Of a DNA stretch of 39,296 bases, positions 1-10,064 are shown one piece after another. The translations under genes were made by a program, and so were the position numbers. The notes under the pieces are model-generated. The model was not told the origin of the DNA. It searched no databases and saw only the letters and a program-made list of their open reading frames with translations. The DNA comes from Neolecta irregularis DAH-3. Lineage: Eukaryota. The stretch covers positions 1 through 39,296 of the forward strand of contig LXFE01000183.1 in the NCBI GenBank assembly GCA_001929475.1, given 5' to 3'. Numbering within the stretch: the stretch's first letter is position 1; each line of letters starts with the position of its first letter.

Positions 1-180
1 ACTACTCCAACTCTATCTACAACTGCAACTACTCCAACTGCAACTACTCCAACTCTATCTACAACTACAACTACTCCAACTGCAACTACTCCAACTCTAT
101 CTACAACTACAACTGCAACTACTCCAACTGCAACTACAACTACAACTCCATCTACAGCTACTCCATCTCCATCTCCAACT
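1..180 (+). repeat. 42-nt minisatellite (about 3 copies plus degenerate tail) encoding TTPTLSTT(A/T)TTPTA
   Basis: Units at 1-42, 43-84 and 85-~132 (ACTACTCCAACTCTATCTACAACT(G/A)CAACTACTCCAACTGCA), decaying into CCATCT hexamers. In frame with SSF1. Confidence 0.9.
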
Positions 181-942
181 ACAAGCCTGCGCATCGCCCA
201 CTGCCCGCGCGGCCCCACACTGCACTTTGCCGTGACCGCCTATTCCCTCGCCCGCGACATCGCCCGCTCCCAGCCCGCGCCCGTCTGCGTAAACAACCTG
301 CTGCACGCGCCCCCGCTGCTCGTCCTCGCCGGCTTCCACGATTCCTGCCGCGAGTCGGCCCTCGTCGCCTCCACCTTCCAGCACCTGTTCCCGCCCATCG
401 TCCCGCACTCCACGCCCCTCGCCTCCATCCGCAGAGTCCTCCTCCTCGCCCGCCTGCCAGACGCCTCCATCCTCCTCCGCCACTACGCAATCTCCACCGC
501 CCCCACCGCCCTCTCCCGCCCCATCCGCAGAATCGCCCGCCCCTCCGCTCCGCTCCCAAACCTCGCAAACATCACCGACATTGCTGACTATGTCCTCCAC
601 TCCTCCCTCAGCGATTCAGAGATCGACGACGATCCTACTGTAGAGATCAAGCTAACCCCAGATGCCACAAAACTACCCACTCCCGTCCAGCAGCGTGCAG
701 TAAAACTCGTAGAACTCGGACCCCGTCTCGCCCTCCGTCTTACGAAAATAGAAGAGGGCTTGTGTACCGGAAAAGTATTGTACCACTCCTTGATCTCCAA
801 GACAAAAGAGCAGGAAAATGAACTCGACCAGAGACACCAACAGAGGAAAGCACAAAAGGAAAAGCGCAAAAAAGAGCAGGCCCAAAATGTAGAAAGAAAA
901 CGGAAAAAGCAGAAAAAAGATGGCAGCGACAGCAACGAATAG
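1..942 (+). CDS. SSF1: Ssf1/Peter Pan Brix-domain 60S ribosome biogenesis protein (5'-partial; frame open from base 1)
   Basis: Frame +1 is stop-free from 1 to TAG at 940-942. It contains TSLRIAHCPRGPTLHFAVTAYSL, TFQHLFPPI, IRRVLLL, LRHYAI and QRAVKLVELGPRLALRLTKIEEGLCTGKVLYH (Brix signature), then a Lys/Gln-rich tail. Confidence 0.92.
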   Translation, partial: TTPTLSTTATTPTATTPTLSTTTTTPTATTPTLSTTTTATTPTATTTTTPSTATPSPSPTTSLRIAHCPRGPTLHFAVTAYSLARDIARSQPAPVCVNNLLHAPPLLVLAGFHDSCRESALVASTFQHLFPPIVPHSTPLASIRRVLLLARLPDASILLRHYAISTAPTALSRPIRRIARPSAPLPNLANITDIADYVLHSSLSDSEIDDDPTVEIKLTPDATKLPTPVQQRAVKLVELGPRLALRLTKIEEGLCTGKVLYHSLISKTKEQENELDQRHQQRKAQKEKRKKEQAQNVERKRKKQKKDGSDSNE

Positions 943-1002
943 GATATCCGAGATCAATATACTCGACAATCTATACATTCTTGAATACTCAATATAAACA
1001 CC

Positions 1003-1895
1003 CTACTGAATCAAACATTCAGTGGTCCGATGCTCTCTTTTCAGCGTCCGACTCTTGCTAGCACCAACTTTGACCTGCGACTTTTGCTTCTGCGCCCGTT
1101 TCCGATCCCTCAAAAGCTCTTCATCAGAAGCCCGTAACCATTCATTCTTGATCCGCGCAACAGGTGGTCGGCCATTGACTACCCCCAGAGCTACAAATTG
1201 CTACACCAATAAGCCTCACCATCACACATTTCCATTACCTTGGGAGTAGGAAGTAAGCTCGCGAATCCATACGTTTGTGGAAAAATAAACTTTAGTACCA
1301 AGCGAGCTACTTCAGGCGCATTCCAAATCATCTTTTCAGCTCCAATAACTCGACAAACTGCAGAAACTATCACATAAACCAAAAGAAATACAACAAGGAA
1401 CTTGCATAGAATGTAAATCCCCGTACTGTTTAACGCTGAAATACCCAATCTTTCACTATCGATAATATACCGATCCCATTCGACGTCTCCTCCAATGGTA
1501 GGCGCATACCCATACGTTGACTCATCAACAGTCGTACCAGCAGTAACCTCTAAAAAGTGGTACCGATTCAATGAATACGGATCAACACTTCTAATAGTCC
1601 ATAACCCCTCCCCCGAAGAAATCCATCCCATCCCTCCTTCTTCATTGCTTTTCCTCTTCTTATTCTTCGTAGCGGATTTACAAAGACTCATGAATTCAGG
1701 CGATAGTAATACTATATCTACCACCGTCTCGCCTAATTCATTTCGACAAGTTCCTTCATTGTTAATGTACCGTTTCAATTCTTTTTTTATCAAAAGTTCG
1801 ATTTGGAAGAAGGATGAAGGATCGATTTTGTAGTGGTTGTATAGCTCTGTTTTGGTTTTTGAAGAGAGGCGGGGTGGGGATTGGATGTGGGGCAT
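1003..1895 (-). CDS. Hypothetical protein, about 284 aa, two exons (1895-1239, 1200-1003), one hydrophobic segment and basic patches
   Basis: 234-aa ORF from ATG 1895. A 38-nt GTAATG...TGTAG intron (1238-1201) joins PTPK to QFVALGVVNGRPPVARIKNEWLRASDEELLRDRKR..., stop at 1005-1003. No family recognised. Confidence 0.6.
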
Positions 1896-1943
1896 GATGC
1901 TGTATGTTTGTATAGATGTGAATCGCGGATGACGATTTGATAA

Positions 1944-2038
1944 ATGTTGCTCGTTGAAGATGATGTCGCTCGTTCAAGATGATGTCGCTCTTTGAAGATG
2001 TCGCTCGTTCAAGATGCTTGAAAATGTCGCTCGTCAAG
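1944..2038. repeat. Five-copy 15-19 nt tandem repeat (ATG)ATGTCGCTCGTTCAAG
   Basis: Copies at 1944-1959, 1960-1978, 1979-1997, 1998-2013 and 2024-2038, just upstream of the ATG at 1895. Confidence 0.85.
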
Positions 2039-2680
2039 TCAAAGATGCTACTTTGATATCGTGCATGTGGTCGTAGGCCCACCAGACTATTTATGCCATC
2101 CCAAGTCGATTATTTGTCAATGACGTCCTTCAAGAGCGCCGCTAGCGATTTTCTCAGCGTGTGATGTGACTCAGCTAGAGGTATTTCATCTCCCCTGATA
2201 ATGAACCGTTAAGCATATACTATATCCAGAAACCTTTTTAATCCCTACCTGTATTCTTGTCCCAGTAGTTCCAAGAACCCCATTCGTCTCATTTTTATAA
2301 AAGTTCTGCTAGTTGCATGATTACGAGGATGAAACTAGTCATTGGTGGGTTTTGTGGCCCGTGTCACTGTCCATCAAAATCATTTTAGAAGCCGTTTAGA
2401 CCAGCCTTGCCACTCTGTGATATATTCAATGGTCTCTCAAATGTTAATGGAAATATTTAAAAGACGTTTATATTACTTGGCAAGTAATATTCTAAAACCT
2501 GGAAGCAGATTGAAAGGATCCGCGTTACTACACACTGCTTTATAACATAGTTTTCATTGCTAGACTATTTCTAGTGGACGGCCTCTGTCAACATTGAATC
2601 TCGCAAAGCAAAGTCAATTCGAATCAGGTTTAGCTATTTATCGTGGAGAAGCACATGACTTTACAACTCTACGACACTTC

Positions 2681-3567
2681 ATGCTCGTTGACTATGCTTC
2701 TTCATCCGAGTCGGATTCCGACCCCCAAAAAAGGTATGAAATCGGGAAACAGTCTCTAAAGACAATCCTTCCCCCACCAAAGAAATCGAGAAAGACTGCT
2801 GTTGGGACAAAGCGGATTATAATAGATTTACCTGCAACTCCTCTACCAAATACTCTAGAGGAGCCTCCTGCGAAACGTATACGAACGGGTGGTAAAGGAT
2901 CAGGATTATCTGCATTGCTCCCTGCACCAAAAAGATCAGGGCTAGCGAAACCTGATGCTGCCAGTGACAAACTAGATGAACCTCCTTTGACCACGATCAG
3001 TTTTGTTCCGCATAGCGTTAAGCGAAAAGCTGCTAATTCTTCAACACAAAAGCCTTGTAAAACAGCAGTGGAACTTTTTCCAATGGGTATCAAACCTTAT
3101 TTCGTGAGCATCGATTAATCCCAGGCGACTCTCTCATTCACAGACCGAAAATCAACTCATCGATACCCTCGGCGTACAAACCCTTGCCTGACTTGAAGCC
3201 CAAACTCCCTTCTCAAAAGCGTCATGCGTCGCCTTCTCCAGACCCAGTTGAACCGCATCCCCAGATCCAAGAGGTACGAGCTAATGAACCGCTCTCAGAA
3301 GAAGCTCTACAATTCATGCACGGCCGCCGTCAACCATCCAAACCAGCAGATATACTAACCTACAATCTGGCCGAAACCTACCAATCAAATGAAGAATATA
3401 GAACTACAGCCGAAGAAACTCCTCAACCAGTTCGAGCCATCGGTTCCGGAAGACATCAAATCACACAATTACTCCATGCTGTACAAAATCAAAAAGAAAG
3501 CTTTGAAGAGCAATTTGCCCGGAACCGCCGCGCAAAGAAGGAAGCGGGGAAAAAGTATGGGTTTTAA
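2681..3567 (+). CDS. PRCC-family (mitotic checkpoint regulator, MAD2B-interacting) proline-rich protein; exons 2681-3086, 3125-3567
   Basis: N-terminal MLVDYASSSESD, GSGLSALLPAPK motif, and C-terminal GRHQITQLL...NRRAKKEAGKKYGF typical of PRCC. A 38-nt GT-AG intron (3087-3124) joins the two ORFs in frame. Confidence 0.85.
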
Positions 3568-4239
3568 GGGTTAGGCGTTTCTTTGGAGTTAAAACTGGCC
3601 CAAGAATAGAAAACAGGGGAAAAGAGTATACTACCATTGATTACGTTTTTGAGGTTTGTTGTCGGAGATTGTCATGTTGATATCAATATGTAATGTTTGT
3701 AACCTGCTTTGTATCAAGGCAAAATGAGTAACAAGATTCAGGAGTATGGTCGACATTGGAACGAATCATAGATTGTGATGGATTTAGTCCATTTCAAACT
3801 GGATGGTTTTAAATGTGGGTCGCTGTAGGACTGGGTTATTAGCATTAATTTACAAATCATAATGAAGAAACTTTTTATGGTAAACATAATATTAACTCAA
3901 CTGGAGAAAGACACTCTAGAACAAAAAACCCTCAGAATCAGCAATACGCAAGCTGGAATGATTGCAACTCTTTCTCGACCAGTTCTGTGTGATTTGATAC
4001 CCAAGGAATATATACACGTACAAAACCCTTAGTTAAAGAGAGAAGAGAGGACAGACGAGAACAGCTGAGAAAGAAGGTCAAAAAAAATACAAATTTTCAC
4101 GATTCTACAAGAAAGAGGAAACATCTGTCCGGTCTTATTGAATGAAAAAAAACGCCAGGTATCCAACCATCCAAGAACAAAACTAAAGAGAAATAAATAA
4201 CCCATAAAGAGAGAGAGAGAAAAAACATTTGAGCAAAGT

Positions 4240-6046
4240 TCACTGCACGTACAGAATCAATTTGGAATTGCGTTTGGCTGTGGAGAGATCCTCGTCGTTG
4301 AGTAAATTCACATAATCACCAGTCGCATCGTCTTTATACCGGATCATACCAAACCGTCCATTTAATCGATCCATTAACTTATCTTGAAGTTGGTGAAAGG
4401 TGACGTCCAAAGGGACTCGAATGGCGATAACATCATCGCTGTGAAATATTTTGATTTTGAAAAAGGAGGGTTGAATCTGGGAACCAGTGCTTGAATTATT
4501 GGTTCGTACTGTTTCTGTCCTTGTCATTGCCGGTGGAATAGAAACCGATGGAGTAGAACTGAAACTAGCTTTATTGGTGGCTAAAATAGTTGGTGAGTAG
4601 TATTTAAAGCATGTACCTCGAGAGCTGGGTCTTTCAGAGATTCGAAGACCAGTGACTTTTCCGCTTTCGCTGTTCACACTACTTCGAGCACTGTGCTGGA
4701 ATGACTCTCGGGCAAAAACAGGCTGAGGCATGCTTGTTGTGATATGTGTACTCTCGACGTCCCCTTCCCGCGGACTGAAGAAATTGCAAATGAGACGACC
4801 ATGTGAAATGTACTCTGGCAAGCTGCAAATCTCCCGCACGTAAAAGTCCAAGTCTTGGCGGCGCTGACTAGTGATCTGATCGTTGACAAAAGTCACCGGC
4901 CCGGGCATGTATGGTAAAACACGCTGGGTGCCAGTCCGCCCTGCTTCAACGGGAAATTCTTCAAGAAGAGCAATTTGTAGATCGTAAAAATCCTCATAGT
5001 ATCGGCAGAGGTTCCGATGTCGTCCATCTTCCATTTCAGCTCGGACCATGAACCAGTAACGTCCATGATCATGTGCGTATCGATCGACAGCAGCACTTTG
5101 CGCTGCTAATCTAATGCTAGTAGAAGAACCGATTGATGGACGATGATCAGAAAGCCCATGCGAACTAGCCTTTGATGATGGACGATGATCATACTGGGAA
5201 CTCGGAGGAGTCGGGAGCCGCTGTTTGTTGAACTGGCTATTCACATTTGCAGAAGCTCGGACTAACGATGGTGATCCCTGTTGCAGCGTCTTTTGTTGAT
5301 CAAAGTCGAATTTGCCAAGGGAAATGCTCGAGTTCTTGTAATCTGCGGCCATTCTCTTCCATTCTTCAACTTTGGGAACCCCTGCTCGTTGAATCAGATC
5401 GGGCATGTCTTCAATTGGTTTCCCGGTAGCCATGTCTCTGATTTCAATGAAAGATATAGGTATCAGTCCTGGTCCACCGAGACGTCCAATTGGCTTAGCA
5501 ACGAACCACTCGTGGTTACTCTGAGCGATCACGATGATTGCTTCTCCGGCTTTTGCATCAAGCTCATCCGGTCGTTCAGCAACAAAATCGTACTGCACAA
5601 CGCCGTATAGCGGCTGCCCTTTTCCAATAGTAGATTGCCTTTGATCCGACTGATAGCCTTCGACAAACCCTGAATCAGCGACTCTGGATGACCTACTCTC
5701 GCGTTCATTCCGTCCAAGCTCCTCGAAATACGAAACGGGGACCAGACCCCTCATATTTGACACAGGATTGCAAGCTTCCCACCAATCCGGATCATTTTCT
5801 CTTCCTATAACATGGAAAAAATCGCCTTTAGAAAATGCCATCTCCATGGAAGAGTGCGGAGTATAGTCATACAATGCTTTGATGACTCTCTTTGGAGGCA
5901 ACATTGGGATGTCATGTCTTATTGAACTGATAGTAGATATGGTGTGAGATCGCTCGGATCGTTCTCCTTTGAGAGACCTTCTCAAACCCTTGATGAAAAA
6001 GTCAGCCTTTTGAAGAGAGAAAGAATGTATTGCGCACCTTGATCAT
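4240..6046 (-). CDS. BEM1: Polarity scaffold Bem1/Scd2 (SH3-SH3-PX-PB1)
   Basis: KALYDY..FSKGDFFHV and YGVVQYDFVAERPDELDAKAGE SH3 domains, KPIGRLGGPGLIP, PX (RYYEDFYDLQIALL) and PB1 (KIKIFHSDDVIAIRV). Exon 1 MIK (6046-6038), introns 6037-5989 and 4616-4581. Confidence 0.95.
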
Positions 6047-6803
6047 GATGGTGAAATGGAGGGTAAATTTGTTGGGTCAGGATTGAATGCAGGTAGGGAT
6101 AATGGGGTTGCAGTAGAGAGGCTGAGACGCCAGGGGGATGGTATAGCTGGTGGAGGGAGGGAGGACGGCTGTGGGAAAAAAGGGTGAAACAAGCACAGGA
6201 CAAGTCGCGAACTTGGCGCGACCTCTATTTGGCAATTCCGGGCGCGATGTTAGATAGACAGTATACAGCCCGTGCGGTAGTACAAGTGTAGAATGACAGG
6301 AGAGCCCAAGGAGAAAGTGTGTGTGCAATGTGACAAAAGAACAGTGGACGCGGATTAGGATCTATACTAGTGTTGTTGTAAGACACCTGCTCAAAGAGCA
6401 CTCCGTGCCTTTGTTATTCATTTCCATCCAAGACACCTCCCTTGCCTTTCTCGCAAAGTAGCAGAACACACTCGTGGCTTCCTGAAATTCCGCCGGTTAA
6501 GGAGAAAGCAACGCGGCGAGCCGGCGATGGCCACAATTCTCCATTTTCGGTCTTCAACACCAATCGGACAAAGAACTCGTAACGATAGCTTACTAAATTG
6601 TGGGAATTTCAGATATACAGGAATAAGAGTTACCAGCCTATTGTCTCATTGGCTCTTTTGCTGATCCAATATCGCAATTCCCGGGAACCTGCTTACTAAT
6701 GTGGGGGGTATTGTGAGCTTGGGGTGTCAGGACTATTAGCTCGAGTAGACTTGGGCTGGAGAATTTCGCACAAGATGGTTGCTTAGTGAAGTAACTACTT
6801 TAT

Positions 6804-6860
6804 ATTATTATGTGGTAATGGCCTAGTCTGCTAATCAGGCTAGGCGATTCTTATAATAAT
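6804..6860. other. Intergenic imperfect hairpin / inverted repeat
   Basis: ATTATTAT(6804-6811) pairs with ATAATAAT(6853-6860); GCCTAGTCTG(6821-6830) pairs with CAGGCTAGGC(6836-6845) with one G.U, around a 5-nt loop. Confidence 0.6.
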
Positions 6861-7498
6861 CCTGCGTGCGCTCAATCTGCTCCTCATTGGTTCCATCTTC
6901 AACGGAATTGCCTGCCTGGCCTACCAATGCCCCCATCTGGACATTGGTTGCTTCTTGCGATCTCCCACATTATTACTGATCTTCTAACACTAGTGCAAAC
7001 TATTGGTGTTGGTACCTGATCGCCGATGGTGGCTCGGGGATCCTTTCCTACCGGTACCTTCTTCATATTTCATTTCAAAATGAAATGCAATGTAGGTACC
7101 GTATTTTGCCGTGAAATATTTATTGTACAAGGGTACATACCCTGACCCCTGACCCCTGACGTGTACAGCCTGCAAAGTACTTGAATTAATTCACTGAATG
7201 TTACTACCATGACAAAACGACCGCTATCTACATACGTCGATTCTTCCTGAAAGCCCAACCAATGACCATTCAAACGAAATTTACTTCAAATCCAAATTCA
7301 AGATTCTGATTGGTAAATTCAGGTGAAGCCAAGCGCTTCTGTTTTAGCGAGGCACCCCAGGAGTCTGTCGATGACAAAAAATCAAAGGGATATCGAGCTA
7401 AGATAAACGAGGAAGGATGTCAAGAAAATCTATATATGTCCCGATAAGGAAATTTCCGCAGAATGAGATAAAGTTTGATTCCTGCAATTGAACCGGTT

Positions 7499-9127
7499 CT
7501 AAATCTGTCCTTTGATATCGATCTTGAGTTGTGACAACTTAGCCCGTTCAACTCCTTCAAGAGCGTCCTTGGTGCTGATTGCCTTGTAATCGCTATCGAG
7601 AAACGTCCCTGCTTCTCGTTCTTGGAGAAACTGTATGCATTCTGCTTCATTTTCGAAACCTAATTCGTCTGCTATAAAGCGGACTGTTAAATATGGTCTA
7701 TATCTCCAATATTAGTTCATATAAAAGATAATCATACGCTTTGCACATCGTACAAAGAGCATTGACACGCTCACGCACGATGAAACAATCCATAAGATAG
7801 CCGCCCATGTTAGGGGCATTTAAATAGAGAGAGAAAAAACGATGATAATTAGAAGTTGCTAGGGCAGACCGTACTTCGAGGGCATGTAGAATAGCTGGGT
7901 CAGATTTTTCAACAGGAGTTAGCTTTGAAAGAATATCATTGACATCTTGAAAATCAACTTTGAAGACCAAAGATATAGACCTGCATGATTTCGCGTGTGA
8001 AGTAGGTATAGTATCCGATATGCAAGAAACTCGAATTGGTTACCTTTTAGACCATGCTCATATAACGAAACAAGCTGTATGCTTCAGACTATGACTTCCG
8101 CTTCAAAAAAGAACTTACTTGTGTTTGACACTGATTATATTCGCCCAAATCACCCTGTGCCTGTCAGTCCTTCATTTGGCAACCGATTGCTAAAGATACC
8201 TTCTCCAGTGCAACGCGAGCATGGAGTTCATACACAGTGACGGTAAATTCATTCTTTATCCGCTGGACCTGGAATCTTCAGCCAATATAACAAAGTATTT
8301 GTACTGTCAAATCCTGCCGCAGACTTTTAAATTGATCGCATATATATGCATAGTTGCTTTCCTTTCTCCATTTCTTCTTAAGCAAGTCCAAAGTCTTTTT
8401 AAGAATAGGCAGAGGGCGTACAGTTTCAGGATCCGGCGCTGAAGTTAACCGTAGATACCGTTTCTCAAGCGTTTGACATCGACCAACAATGGTATCTTTA
8501 TCCCAATCGATAACATCCTGGAATATTAGCGGGCTAAATATATTTAAGGCAGGCATTATTACAGTGCATGCTACTTCATATATTGGCGGTAGGTGATCAG
8601 TAGGCTTGCGATCCTCATCGAATCTTCTCGCCCGTTTCTCTCGTCTCTGTACTTCCACTGCATTATCGACGTACAGTGGCTGAATGGAGTTGCTGCAGAA
8701 TTAAATGAGCGAACGTTGCGCCATTCTCATACCTTTTGCGTTTCTTTTCCTTCGTGTTCTTGTCCAGCTGCTGTTTCCGTTTGGTCAAAATTTCTAATTC
8801 TTTGTTATCCCAATCCTCTTCCCATACTCTGTCCTCTTCGAAAGCCTGAGTAATTAGTCTCTTTAATTCTTGCTCGATTGCGGGTTTCTCGGGGTCGCTA
8901 TCTTCTATATCTTGGAAACATCGACCAACGAACTTCTTGAGTGAATCTGGCCACTAGATAAAATGAGATGAAGGATGCGGCAATAACGCGCGCCTGTGTT
9001 TTTGGGCGCTGTTGCTGGAGTTCTCCGGGAGGCCGCAAAGTCGTCCGCGCAGTAACAGCCGTATAGGCAGGACCTATATAATCGATTAGGACAATCATGC
9101 AAGGCGCTCACACGTACGTGAGACCAT
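7499..9127 (-). CDS. THP3: SAC3/GANP/THP3-family PCI protein (Thp3/LENG8-like), about 10 exons
   Basis: [86 protein letters not shown] and C-terminal IDIKGQI*. Nine 34-45 nt introns restore the frame. Confidence 0.92.
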
Positions 9128-10064
9128 TTAATATATGTTCTCTGCTTCCCTGAAGCCCAGAAATATATTTCAGATAATAATCGTGGGGATCGAGTGGAAC
9201 GGGAAAGGTGCGCAGTTGATTTCTGGGGTTCGAAAGTGGATCGACAACACAGCACCGGAAGAGGTATACCTACAAGAGGGACTTATTCCCGTACATAGTG
9301 TAAGGCTATATCAATGCCACGCTATGCTCTCAAATGTTTTCTTCAGTTCTATGGAATAGTGTCATCTTTCGCAACGATTCCAGTTTCATCCACCCCATGT
9401 GACCATTTTCTACCACCCTGAATATTCTGCCTTCATGGAAAAAAATATCAACGATTGTGACATGCAGGTACCTTGGTCAAGAACCGCTTGTAATTTTGCT
9501 ATATTCTCAGCTGATGCCTTGCCTTTTAGCCAAAAAGCGGGACCAAAGCGAAGAAATAACCTTGCAGCTGAGCCACTTGCCATCCCTGTATTAGTAAGTG
9601 ATCCCTTAAGGTTCAACGTTTTGGTCCGTAGAATATTGTATGATGAAATATACTTCACAGTCTTCTTATGGTTCTACATACAGATTTCTTTTCCGATTGT
9701 GTAGATCATATTCCGTATCTATGCAAATGACTTGTGAAAATTGTGACGCTTCGAGATTGCTTATAATATTTGACTGGAGACAATGTACAATACTTTGTCA
9801 GCTGCGAATGGTTACGAAAATGATATGGTAATCTTTTGGAGGATATTTAAAGGGGTCCCTTGTTTGGCTTTTTCTTTAGTCGGTATCTATGTTTCTATAA
9901 CCGACATGGCTATTCCAGTTTCCTATAAGTAGACCTGTAGGTGCTTGCTTGTAGGACCGGGTGAATAGTGCTCTATTCATCCAGAAAAGGAATCTAGGAA
10001 TCATTTTTCTCGTTGTTATTCAGGTCCCATAAGTCTGCAAAGCTCTATAACTGCAGCCTGCGTG

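Noticed and set aside
97-600. Gly/Arg-rich minus-strand ORFs (167 aa and 129 aa)
   Set aside because: Shadow ORFs antisense to the C-rich SSF1 coding strand.
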